This document shows, in pieces, positions 47,434 through 59,172 of a stretch of DNA of 64,000 nt. The DNA lies in assembly GCA_051294375.1 (NCBI GenBank), contig CM119265.1, positions 220,294 to 284,293 on the forward strand. The letters are read 5' to 3'. The position numbers and the translations under genes are program-made. The first letter of the stretch is position 1. The number at the start of each line of letters is the position of its first letter. Source of the DNA: Paraspadella gotoi. Its lineage: Eukaryota; Animalia; Chaetognatha. Under the pieces are notes generated by a model that was given only the letters and a program-made list of their open reading frames with translations, did not search any database and was not told where the DNA came from.

Positions 47434-49491
47434 CTAAACGTTAGCCAGAGCGGGCGTCCTCAGCGATTTTTTGAAAGACTGGATCGAGGCTTTGATCTCT
47501 GGCCATTTTGCTCGACAGTCGCATCGATGCATTAGCGAATTGATGACGGCGACGGCGTCTTCGAGTCGATTTGCTTTGATTGGCCTGTCGACTTTCTCCT
47601 CGTCATGCTTGTCGACTTGTTTGGGAATGGTTGAGTCAGTTGTCGCCTCGTTTTGAATGTCGCTTTGTCGCTGTGGAAGTGACGGAGCTGATGACGCATT
47701 GTTTGGCCGCGAGAGGGCGTCGGCGACGACGTTGGCTTTTCCCTTCAAGTATCGAATATCAGTAGTGTACTCGGCGATCACTGAAAGCTGATAAGCTTGT
47801 CGAGCTGTCTGAGGTTCGCTTTTCTTCTTGATCGCCGGGACAAGGCTCTGATGATCTGTATAAATCGTGAAGCTTCTTCCTTCGATCCAGTGCCGGAAGT
47901 GGCGTACAGCTCTGAACGCCCCGAAGAGTTCACGATCAAACGGTGGCCATAATTTCTGATTTTTGGCCAATTTCGCCGAGAAAAAGGCCAAAGGTTCCCA
48001 TCCCTTTGGGCCACGTTGCTCCAAGACTGCTCCAACTGCGTGGTCCGAGGCGTCGGTCGTAATACACAGCTGAGCGCCTGTGCGAGGATGGTGGAGCATC
48101 GCTGCCTGGATGAGGCCCTCTTTGATCGATTCGAAGGCTTTTTCACATTCAGGTGTCCAGTTTAAAGCCTTGGGTTTTCCACTTAGCGCCTCGTAAAGCG
48201 GGGCGCAACGGTGAGCGACTTTTGGAACGAAACGTCGATAATAATTTATCATTCCAAGAAATCTTTGAAGCTCCTTCACCGTTGTTGGCCTTGTAGTCTC
48301 CTGCAACGTTTGGACTCGCTCTGGGAGTGGTCTTACGCCGTCTTTGTCTACAAGGAAGCCCAAGAACTCTAACGATTCTCTACCGAGGATACATTTCTTG
48401 GTATTGACCACTAGGCCATTAGCGTCAAGTGTTTTGAAGACTCTTTCGAGATCTTGCAAATGCTCCTCAGGGGAGGATGACGCCACCAAGATATCGTCTA
48501 GGTAGACGAATGTATGAGGAACATCTCCCAGTATCTCATCCATGAGACGCTGGAAGTCCTGTCCTGCATTCTTAAGTCCAAATGGACAGCGAGGAAAGAC
48601 GTATAACCCGAATGGAGTTATAACAGCTGTCTTTTTGACGTCTTCTGGGTTAACCGGTATCTGATGATAACCCTTTAGTAAGTCGATTTTAGAAAAAATC
48701 GACTTACCTTCCAACTGAGCGTTGAAATCTGTGAGCAGTTTGACTGGATAACGGTCATCTATTGTCTGTGTGTTCAATCGCCTATAATCACCGCAGCAGC
48801 GCCAGCCGCCGTCAGGCTTCGCCACTACGTGAAGAGGAGACGACCATTCCGATTTTCCTCGTTTAGCTATGCCCAGCGCGACCATCTTCTCCAGCTCTCT
48901 CTTCGCCACCGCGAGCTTCTCTGGGTCTAGACGGCGAGCACGAGACTGGCAAGGCCGTCCCTCAGTAGGAATCGAATGTGTGACGCCGTGGCGTGGTTCC
49001 TTTAATTCGAAGGTCGGCGTAGAGAGAGAAGGAAAAGAGTCTAAAAGTTTATAAAACTTTTCGCCTTTGCGATCAACGAAGTTAACGTGGGTCGAGGGTT
49101 CTGANNNNNNNNNNGCTGCAATTGTAGAGTAGTCTTGTAGATCCATAAGTAATCCATCTCGATGGTTGGGGGCTAAAAAATTTTCAGCCAGAAAATCTGC
49201 CCCTAGAATGAATTGAGTGACGTCAGCGACAATGAAATCATATTCGAATCTACGTTTGCCAAGAGTAACTACTTTTTTCATGGTGCCATAACAGTTTATT
49301 GCAGACCCGTTTGCTGCCTGCAACTTCATATCTNNNNNNNNNNCTCGTTTTCGTTGATCATGAGTCGGAGGAACAATCGACAACAATGCGCCGCCATCCA
49401 CCAGCCATTTTATTCTGCTAACGTCGTCCCTGATATAAAGTAGGTCGTTAGACGCTGGTGAATGAGATTGGCTTTGGGGAACGGCGTTCAC
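47434..49491 (-). CDS. pol: Pol PR-RT-RNaseH part, family C; integrase continues frameshifted to about 46370
   Basis: 685-aa ORF with DGGA, YLDD and TDAS. Confidence 0.9.
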   Translation of the reverse strand: MNAVPQSQSHSPASNDLLYIRDDVSRIKWLVDGGALLSIVPPTHDQRKRXXXXDMKLQAANGSAINCYGTMKKVVTLGKRRFEYDFIVADVTQFILGADFLAENFLAPNHRDGLLMDLQDYSTIAXXXXSEPSTHVNFVDRKGEKFYKLLDSFPSLSTPTFELKEPRHGVTHSIPTEGRPCQSRARRLDPEKLAVAKRELEKMVALGIAKRGKSEWSSPLHVVAKPDGGWRCCGDYRRLNTQTIDDRYPVKLLTDFNAQLEGKSIFSKIDLLKGYHQIPVNPEDVKKTAVITPFGLYVFPRCPFGLKNAGQDFQRLMDEILGDVPHTFVYLDDILVASSSPEEHLQDLERVFKTLDANGLVVNTKKCILGRESLEFLGFLVDKDGVRPLPERVQTLQETTRPTTVKELQRFLGMINYYRRFVPKVAHRCAPLYEALSGKPKALNWTPECEKAFESIKEGLIQAAMLHHPRTGAQLCITTDASDHAVGAVLEQRGPKGWEPLAFFSAKLAKNQKLWPPFDRELFGAFRAVRHFRHWIEGRSFTIYTDHQSLVPAIKKKSEPQTARQAYQLSVIAEYTTDIRYLKGKANVVADALSRPNNASSAPSLPQRQSDIQNEATTDSTIPKQVDKHDEEKVDRPIKANRLEDAVAVINSLMHRCDCRAKWPEIKASIQSFKKSLRTPALANV

Positions 49492-50537
49492 CGCCGGCGT
49501 CCCCCTCTTCCGTTTCCCTCCTTTCGTTTCGACGTCTCCTCGTACTTAGAGCACCCTGGCTCACAAGACCAAGCGTCGTCTCCGAATCGAGCGTGCTTGC
49601 TACAGATAGTAACGAGCTTGTTCTTTGGTTTCGCTTTCGCTGAGAATTTTTTCTTTGAGTTGGCGTTTTTTCGAGTGAAGGCGCCAAGGGCGTTGATAGC
49701 GGCGTCGTCGTCATCCGTTGAAGATTGTCGACGATCCTGTCGGTCCTGGTCGACGTTATGAACGAGTGATGCCGCTTGACGGATCTTGAGATTGCCGTCG
49801 TTGTCAAAGTGATGGTCAGCGAGTTGACAGAGATCTTTCGCTGATAGATCTTCAGCTTTGTCCTCAAGCTGTCGTCGTACCTCGACGGGCAATTCCCGGA
49901 GGATTTTTTCCTTTCGGAGATAGATCATCGATTGTGAGAGTCCTTTTTTTGTCCTCTAACTGAGCTAGGACCTTTGACGGCTTGATGCCGTCGACGTCGA
50001 GAGGGTCGAGGAGATGGCCGGCTTGTTGGCGTCGTGATAAGCCATATTCTTTCCGGAGGTACGCCAGAAAATCGTTCCAGGCCTCCTCAGATGCCTCACA
50101 CGAAAAGAAATTGGTTTATTTTTGGATCTTCTTTGACGCCAATCTTCGATTCGAGGTGTGCGAATTTATTTCGAGGAGCTGAGACGCCGGCGCGGACGTA
50201 GGCCGCCTCGACACGTTTAATCCAGACCTCAATGTTTTCCTTGTCGAAGTCCGGAAGGTCAGGTTTTCTATTGGAGGCCCGTTCGAGCGCGCGGGTGCAG
50301 CAGCCAGCGCAGCGCGGAGTTCGTCATTCTCGCCGCGCAGATCACGCTCCGCGGCGCCGCCTGTTGCCATGCTAACGGTGGTCGCCTGATAGTCGAACGC
50401 CGGCGTTGCGTCGGAGAAATTCGGTGATCGTCGACCTCGGCCAAAGCCGAGAGGTAGCTGGAGGTTGGCTGCTCCGGGCTGCTCCTTGTGTCGCGCTGTG
50501 ATGAGCGGAGTCGATCGCGATACTCAGGTCCACTCAT
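49488..50537 (-). pseudogene. gag: Family C gag, frameshifted in this assembly
   Basis: CSKHARFGDDAWSCEPGC knuckle in ORF 49488-49928; ENDELRAALAA in ORF 50116-50370. Confidence 0.8.
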
Positions 50538-51358
50538 CAGCGCGTTGGAATCGTCGTGGGCCCGATCGAATTGCAAAGAGAGAAAAAGGCGTCAGAGGAT
50601 TGGATGGATCAGCCTAATTTCAATTCGCTCATCCAATCTTACCTCAGAAGTGTGTGAGCTGCTCCAGAATCTTGACAGAAGGTTGGTTTGGTTCACCGTC
50701 GTGCTTACCAAGTGTGGCACGTTGACAGAAGGCAGGTCTGCTCAGCTTGACGTGACGAAGGGGCGTGGCAACTGTGCGATTTGCATCTAATGATAATCAG
50801 CTTTGAGATTATCAGCAGGGAAAGCACATTGTCTTAAACGAATGTTTTGTTTATGTTTTTAATAAACGAATTGTTTTGTTTATGTTTAATAAACTTTAAC
50901 GATTGTTTTGTTTTTAGATCGATTTGTTTTGTTGACAAATTTATTTGGTTGAGATAAAACAATTGATTCGAGTTAAAGTTTTCTCTATTCACTAATGTAT
51001 GACTTTACATTGAGAGATAATAATTAAAACGATTTGAGATGAATAACGTTCATAAGTTTATTCATGAGAGATAAAAACCAGTCTGAATTCACTTCAGAAA
51101 ACAATCATTAAAGAAAGGCATCAATAAACAAAAGGAATCGCCAGAGACATCTCTTGGATCATCGATTTCAATTCGAGTTGAAACAAAAGGTTTAGGTTGT
51201 TTCTAAAGCTTTAAATATGAAGTTTTGAATCCTAATTGTCGGGGCTAGTCGGATGGCGAGATCGGTGATCGAAGCGTCCCGACTTCTTGAGCCGGGTTCG
51301 ATTCCCGAAGAAATGAAGTTTATTTCCAAAATGAAATAACTCGCTCGAGACGGCTACA

Positions 51359-51709
51359 ACCACTAACCCTAACCCTACTAACCCTAACCCTAACCCTAAC
51401 CCTAACCCTAACCCTAACCCCTAAAACTAACCTAACCCTAACCCTAACCCTTAACCCCTAACCTTAACCCTAACCCTAACCCTAACCAACCCTAACCCTA
51501 ACCCAACCCTAACCCTAAACCCTATAACCCTAACCCCTAACCCTAACCCTAACCCTAACCTAACCCTACCACCTAACCTAAACCTCTAACCCTAACCCTA
51601 ACCCTAACCCCTACCCAACCCTACCCTAACAATACCCTAACCTAACCTAACCCAACCTAACCCTCAACCCTAACCTAACCTAGACCGCGTATCGCATAAC
51701 CTACACCCT
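51359..51709 (-). repeat. Telomeric (CCCTAA)n tract
   Basis: Direct reading; parallels 24078-24420. Confidence 0.93.
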
Positions 51710-53715
51710 TGTTTGGCAAAGGTATGCAGAGGACCTGACTGACTTGTAGTGAAAAGAAGAAAAACCCCCCCCAGAATCGCCACAAATTTCGTACTTGAAC
51801 ATTCATTAACAAAATGTGGTTCTATAGATGAATTATTAAAATCGATGAATAAGTTCATTAGCAGGGAAAAGCAACTTTGTAGTTTACTTGAATATGATTT
51901 GTTTTTTTATTTGAATTGATTTAGTGATGAAGATAAAACATATTTTTATTGAGATAAGATTTTCCTCTGACTTTATTAATGTAATTTCATTTACATTAGT
52001 TAGAGTGAGTATAAAAACGTACGATAATAATTAAAGTTCATTTATTAACATCGAGAGGGTAAAACCGATCTGAATGATCTTCAGTACATGATCAATAAAG
52101 TAAACGATCAATAAACAAAATGAAATACAGATCCAAATCTCTTGGTGATGCGTTCAGTCTTGGAGAGAGAAACAAAAGTCATAAGATCTGATAACTATCT
52201 ATATCTGGGATTTCGTAGCTTCGATTTTCAGGTGTTGAAGTTGGCGGCCTAAGATCGGTGAATTCGACCGGCGTCCCAACGCTTGAGCCCGGGTTCCGAC
52301 TCCCCTGGGAGCCGGTATGAGTTATTGTCCAAATCGATTTAACTCGCTCAAGAGGTACAACGCCCCCCTGTTGAAATTATCGCTTAAATATATTAAAAAT
52401 AAAAATCTGTTTTGTCGTCAATTGAGTGAGTGAAATGTGTGTTTGATAATAATATACAATAATATTATACTCTTGTACCATGGTATTAAATAATAAAATT
52501 GACTTGACCGACTCCAAAATGAAATACAAATATTGCCTTGAAATATAACGAGAAAATAAAATTTGCAAAATATCAAATAAAAATGATTAAAATAGTGTTT
52601 CAAAAATATTTAGCAATTTATATATACATCATTCCTGAATACATAAAGGCCTTTTAGTCGGCCAGTCCGGAGCCCGGCGTTGATGACTGGGACCAAGATG
52701 GAGGAAGCTGCTATGGCTGTCGACTATATGGAATTCGGGCGTTTTTGTCTTTTTTGTTGTTTGTCATTTCGTCTTTTTGTCGCTTTAAAGCATCTCTTTT
52801 AGTACTACTGAGTACATTGGACGATTGTTGGTTGTTTTGTTGTTGTTTATTGTCTCCTCCGTCTTTGTTTTCCTCCCGACGTTTGCTCGAATTTTGTTTA
52901 TTCGAGAAATTTTCGATAAGTTGGCTTCGAGAATCTCCACGTTGGCTCGAATTTGTTGTTGTTGTTGTTCTTAAAATCCGCTTTCTTTTCCTTTTGAGAT
53001 TGGAGAATGTCGAACGGAGAAACGTCGGGAGAACATGAAGTTTCCGAGCAAAAAGAACGAAAGAGTGGTGAGGAGGGGGTTGGGGGAAGGTGGGGGTTGA
53101 TTTTGGGGGGTAAGAGGAGGAGGAGGAAGGAGGAGGAGGAAGAGGAAGGAGGAGGATGAGGAGGAGGAGGCGAGGCTTGCTCGTTTGCGCCGTTGAAAAC
53201 GGCGTTGTTCTTGTTGTTGACGGCTGGAATTTCGGTTCTTTGGACCTGGCTGGCGTCCTGGGCGGGCGTTGTGGGCTGTCTAACGGCCTCGTTATCCTCC
53301 AGTATGTCGTCGCTAAATCATGCCGGTTTGATTCGTGCGATATTTACTACTTCTGCCGTCCGGAAACTTGGGTTTATCGATTGTCATGGTTCAATCCATT
53401 TCTGCCTAATACGCGATAAGGGCCGTCGTAAGGCGGACAGAAGGCGGGTTCAACACCTGCGCGTCGAAATGGAAGACGTGTTGAGCCGTCTCGAGGTTGC
53501 GGGAAGGTGCACGGAAGGTTGGGCGATGAGCTGACGTTTGCAGTGGGCGAGGCGAGCGACTTCTACACGCAGGCTGGCTAATTGTTTTTTTGGCAGCTGG
53601 CGCTGTAAGATTGGCGTTGTCCTCGCTGATTTTCTCCGAGGATGCTCCCAGGGGATAGAGAGTCCTTCCCCGAAGACGCAAAGGTCGGCGGCTGAGGCGC
53701 CGATGTTCTTCTTTA
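51710..53715 (-). mobile_element. Duplicate of the family D fragment 24421-26426
   Basis: Appears identical, including errors and the adjacent N gap; gives identical spurious ORFs. Confidence 0.85.
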
Positions 53716-53740
53716 NNNNNNNNNNNNNNNNNNNNNNNNN

Positions 53741-56700
53741 AGGAGTACCATCAAATCCCAGTAAAATGCCAGCGAACGGACGTTAAAAAAACGGCCGATC
53801 ATAAACGCCGTTTCGGCTTGATGTCTTTCCACGCTGCCGTTTGGCCTGAAAAAATGCTGAACAAGACTTCCAGACGAATGATGGAATGAAAATCCTAGAG
53901 GGAATATTTCCTCACCTACCTTTGTGTATTTGGAAACGATATCCATCGTTGCATCATCAATCGCCGAAGAGCAACTTGACAAGACTTGGAGCGTGTCTTC
54001 AAAAGCATCCTGAAGACCGAAAGGTGGTCTTAAGTCGTCCAATACAAAAGAAATGCTTTGTAGGAAAAGACTCGCGTAGAATATCCCGGATTTCTAGTAG
54101 ATCGACAATGGCGTTCGAACCTCTCCCAGAACGAGTGCAAACTCTCAAAGAGACACAACGAGACCAACAACCATCAAAGGAACTCCAAAAGGCCTTGGAA
54201 TGTTAATTACTAAACAGCAGGTTTATCTCACCGAAAGCACATCGTTGTTCTGCCCTTTATGAGGCTCTAAAGCGGCAAACCCAAGACCTTGAAGTGGACT
54301 GAAGAATGTGAAAACGCCTTCAACGCATCAAGAAGTCTGATCTCAGCAGCGTGGCCTGTCACCACCCACGTACGGGGGCGCAATTAATGGCATGAACGAA
54401 CGGACGCGTCAGATCAGAGCGAGCCGTCGCGCCGTCTTGGAACAGCGAGGACCTAAAGGGTTGGAGACCCTTAGCGTTTTTTTCCGCGAAACTGGCTAAA
54501 ACCCAGAAAACTCTGAGCCGCCTTTGATCGCGAGTTATTTCGAGCGTTCAGTGCGGTAAGACATTTCGTCATTGGGGTGGAAATGGCAGGGCCTTCACCC
54601 TATATACCGATCACCAGAGTTTAGTATCTGCCATCAGGAAAAAGACAGAACCGCAGACGATGCGACAATCGTAACAGTTGTCCAACAATCGCTGAGTTTT
54701 ACCAACGGATGTGCGATACTTAAAAGGGAAGGCAAAACGTCGTGGCGGACAGCCCTGTCACGCCAAACGCCACCCGCCGATCGATTCGACAAAGAAAAAC
54801 GGCCGTCGAAAACGAGAAAAATCCGAAAGAAAACTCCCGGCCATAAAATCAAAATCGCCAAAAGCAGCTACCGGAGATTTTAAACTCCGAATCGCGAAGG
54901 GAAAAAACGAAGAAACGGCGATAGAAACCCTCGAACAATAATTCCGAACTATCATTTTCAGGCCAAAAGACAGCTACCAATGACCCTCTATATCCTTGAC
55001 GAAGAGAGCGACGAAACTTGTAAAAAAGTACTTACGCCTCGATTTCCGGCCAAAAAGACAGCTACCGAAACAAATCGACGTCAAGCGGAAATTAGCCGAA
55101 TAAGCTCGAAAAGCGAAGAAAAAAGAGAAAAAACTAGTCAAAATCGGAATCGACTAGAAGACATCAACGCCGTCATCTGCCTCCCTCACTTCTTTTGAAG
55201 AGTAGACTTTGAGCAATGGCCCGGGAGCAGATACTAGATCAGAAGTTCCACAGCAATCAAACGAGGGAAGCGAGAAAGCGGCTCAGCTTTAGAAAAATCA
55301 AAAACGGGAATCATGATCTACTCCGTTGACGTTCTAACGGCCGCGGCACCCCCTTTCGTACTAAATCAGGCGTCCGGAAAAATATTCGACGTAATTCACG
55401 GACTCGCCAATCTGGAGTGGGACGCTACGCGCAAGGCCGTACGCAGCGAAATTCGTTTGGACGGGATGAGACAAGACGTGTCCCGCTGGGCAGAGACTGC
55501 GTCGCTTGCGCACGGGCAGAAAAGTGACAAAAAACAACAAATCCCTGAGAATCGGCGAATTCCGAAGTTCCAGCACGGCGTTTCAAACACCTCAATATCG
55601 ATTTGGTCAAAGATGCCCAAATCCAGGCTTCAACAACATTACTACGATATGGATAGATTTTCGAGATGGCCGGCCGCCATCCCGATTAAAGATACTTTAA
55701 ACTCCGACAATCCTCGACGCACATCAGCCTTAACTGATTAGTGTTATTTGGCACACCTTCAATCATCACTACGGACAAAGAAGCCAGTTCACCTCCGCGT
55801 TATGGCGTCAGCTGACGAGGCGTGGGAATTAAAAAGCCAAACGACAAACTGCATATCACACCACAGGCAAATCGGGCTTGTCGAAAGATTTCATAGAAGG
55901 CTCAAAGAATCTTTAATCGGCTTAGCCAACGAAGGAGAAAGACAATGGTACTGGAAACTGCCTCTAACACTGCTCTGCCATTCGAACACGTTAAAGAGGA
56001 TAGGAGCATCGGCAGCGGACTAGTTTTCGGCGAAGGCATTGGCGTCCCTGGAAGCATGCTTGCGACACTAAAACGACGACGCCTCGCTAAATCGACAAAC
56101 GAAACCAACAATTATGCGAACCTTCGTTTAGAAGTACGCTCGACTTGCAGCCGAACAGTAACCTCGCTCCATCGTAAGCCAGCGGTACATATCCCAGCGC
56201 CTTAGACTCACCAAAATATGTATTTGTCAAAACGGCGCCGGCGTTCAACCTCCACTTATACTCCTTACGAAGGACATAACAGAGTAAATACATCGTAATG
56301 GACTCAATATGACTATAGAGATACCTAGCAAGGGACGAGAACGATTAACATCGCCCGCGTCAAAACCGGCATGGATAAGCGATGAAGACATCGACGTCGA
56401 AAAACTCCAGAAGCCCAGCACGCCAGAGCGATTACCAGGTCGAAGACCCGGTAATAAGAACTCGTCAACCCCCGCTCAAACAACGAGAAAACTCGCTCGA
56501 CAAATCAACGCGCGGCGTCGCCTCTCCTCCTCGCTTCTCCTCCTCCTCCTCCTCCTCCTCCTTCCTCCTCTCCGTCCCCAACCCACCCAACCTTCCTCAA
56601 CCTTTCCGCAGACTCCGCCTATATCACCTCAACGCTTTTTGTCATCTCCTTCAATTCTCTCCCGCTCCACGTGAAGCATCTCCGCGCAAAAGCGACGAAG

Positions 56701-57961
56701 AGGGGAAAAATCCAACACAACAACCTTCGAAAAGAGATAAAATGCCAACGGCCGTTTTTTCGAAGCCAACCGCCTGAAAAACTTCCTCCAATCGACCAAT
56801 AATTCGCCCTAGCATATGCAGTCCGTACTCAGAGAGATGTTACAACGCCAACAAATCGAAAACATAGACAACAACGACAAAAAACAAAAACAATAAAAAA
56901 ATCCCATGATTGGCCCTAAGTCAACAGCCGGAGTCTGGGTCTTTTCGCAATGCTTCCTCCACGCAATCCGGCGGCGACTCCCGACAGTTGACCATCATAT
57001 ATTTACCCGTATTGAAAGTATTTCAGTTATTTCAGTATTATTTTTTGGCTATTTTTGAATCGTTTTGAATATTTTTTGAGTCGTTTTCGATTCCAAATAT
57101 TTAATTTTTGTATTTTCCGAATTTTAAATTTCAAGTCAAGTCGGTCAGAGTCTATTTTTATTTTTATTACCCATTAATATAATATTGAAATCTAATTTAT
57201 CAATCAATTCTGTACACTCATTCGATGGACGACAACAAGGTATTATTTGTATATTAACCCATATAATTTCAACAGAGGGGGATGTGGCCACTCGATGGAT
57301 CTATTTCATTTAGGAATCAAATCGGCTGCCACCCCGGGGATCGAACCCGGATTCGAGCTCTGGAATGCCGGACTTCCAGCCCTTGAGCCAACCAGGCGGC
57401 TTATTCATTTCCCAAACAAAATTCAAAGTAAGAACGTTTAAAACAAAATCAAATCTTTTGTTTTTCTTCAAATTAAAACTGATCCACTGAAGAAGATGTC
57501 CAGATGAATACTTAGCATTATTGTTTATGCTCTGTACACTGATTGTTTTTACTTCTTATTGGTTTGTTAAACCTGATTGGAAATCAGTTCTTGTCTTTTA
57601 ATCTCATGTTGAATACAATCATTTTATTAATACTTTTTACCTCGACTTTCTTTTATCGACTATGTTAATGTATAAAATACATTATAAAAGAAAGTGACAA
57701 GTAAAACTCAAACAATAAATAATTTTAATTCTCAATTAAATAAAAGTCTAACAAAACAACTTGTAAACTTCATCAATGTAAGATAGAACAAATACTTCAA
57801 AACAAGAAAAAATTTATTTGTGTTAATCGTCACTTTCCCTGGCCAATCATTGTTTCAACGATCAAGCTCCTTGACCAATCAAGCTTAAGTCCACGTGAAC
57901 CACTCACAAGTTGTCACGCCTCCTTCGTCACGCTGTGGTCGCCTCTGGAGGCTTGCCCACA
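53741..57961 (+). mobile_element. Family F (A/C/D-related) Gypsy element, 3' part with 3' LTR at 57283-57961; indel-rich
   Basis: RT, RNase H and integrase remnants (GLVERFHRRLKESL, WYWKLPLTLL); PPT AGAGGGGGA|TGTGGCC; LTR ends CCACA|ACCC. Confidence 0.88.
57328..57400 (-). other. tRNA-like cassette in the family F LTR (Gly-TCC-like loop)
   Basis: Reverse complement GCCGCCTGGT-TGGCTCAAGGG...GGCATTCCAGAGC...CCGGGTTCGATCCCCGGGGTGGC, with a GCCGCC/GGTGGC closing stem. Confidence 0.72.
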
Positions 57962-58054
57962 ACCCTAACCCTTAACCTAACCCTAACACCTAACCCTAAC
58001 CCTAACCCTAACCCTAACCCTAACCCTAACCCTAACCCTAACCCTACATAACCC

Positions 58055-58092
<38 letters not shown>

Positions 58093-58128
58093 CTAACCCT
58101 AACCCTAACCCTAACCCTAACCCTAACC

Positions 58129-58165
<37 letters not shown>

Positions 58166-58236
58166 TAACCTAACCCCTACCCTAACCCTAACCCTAACCC
58201 TAACCCTAACCCTAACCCTAACCCTAACCCTAACCC
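57962..58236 (-). repeat. Telomeric (CCCTAA)n tract between F and B3
   Basis: Direct reading; begins and ends with ACCC. Confidence 0.97.
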
Positions 58237-59120
58237 TGTGGATTCGAACTCGATATTAATTAGCCACAGTTGATCCATGCTATTCGATAGCCATATCAGA
58301 TCGATACAAATCTTATTTTAGAACTTATATTTATATTCGAATTGATTTTATAATATTTTTTATATAATAATAAAAAGAGGCGATGAGCTGGCTTCGAACT
58401 CAGGACTTCTGATCCACTATCGGCGGCTCAGCCAGCATCGCCACTTGGTCTGATAGTAACAAAACGTTTAAACAATCTTATATAATAACTCGTTACAACT
58501 CGTTATAATATTAGATTGCTCTTTTATCGATTGAAAACAAATGAACATTTTATCTTCTAGAAATCATCTGTTTTTACTTTGTTGTTTCCAAAACAGATTT
58601 GAAAACGATTTCAATCAGTTTTAACAAAAATTATTCAACTCGAAAACATCTCGTTAATAATTATCGTTAATTGTCTTATTAATTCATTGTTAATTAATTA
58701 ATTACTTTTGCACTGTTATTCACATATAGATATTACATACTGATTAGTATGGAATATCTATATGCTTTGATTATTTTATTAAGGTTTCATTTTAACTAAG
58801 AACCAAGCAAGTTGGTTCAGTCGTTTTTAGCCTGACGCCTGATAAACTAATTCCGCCACGAGCGTCAGCGTCAGCGCCACTTCCGGTTTGGGATACGAAG
58901 CTATAAACTATATCGAATCCTACCTACGTTCATCCTGAGTCACGCCAACGCCTTCGTCAAGATCTAGCGACGCCAAAATCGACGTCAGGAGCGACGCCAA
59001 TTCGAAGGCCACGCCCACTTTCGTTCTATCGACTTAACGAGCGCGTCAATCGACTCAGCCGTCAGGTGGCGTCATCACCAGTCATCACCACGTCAAAGTG
59101 AGTTCTCTACGCCATCTACA
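58237..59120 (+). repeat. 5' LTR of B3 (884 bp)
   Basis: TGTGG...CTACA; homologous to 30036-30909 and 1-734. Confidence 0.9.
58379..58442 (-). other. tRNA-like cassette in the B3 LTR
   Basis: Perfect 7-bp GGCGATG/CATCGCC stem, TGGCTGAG A box, GAGTTCGAAGCC B box, then TTTTT. Confidence 0.7.
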
Positions 59121-59172
59121 TTGGTGATCCGCGACGTCGGACATCCTCCAACCTTCTGATTCAACCTTATCG

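Larger units (their letters stand above)
46370..51358 (-). mobile_element. Family C element, second rendering (LTR 50713-51358, PBS 50697-50710)
   Basis: Same underlying sequence as 18880-24077 with fewer errors. Confidence 0.9.

Noticed and set aside
46370-53715. Apparent 7-kb segmental duplication of 18880-26426 (C element, repeat tract, D fragment)
   Set aside because: The D part appears identical including errors and the N gap, and the C part differs mainly by random indels. This is most likely one locus assembled twice.
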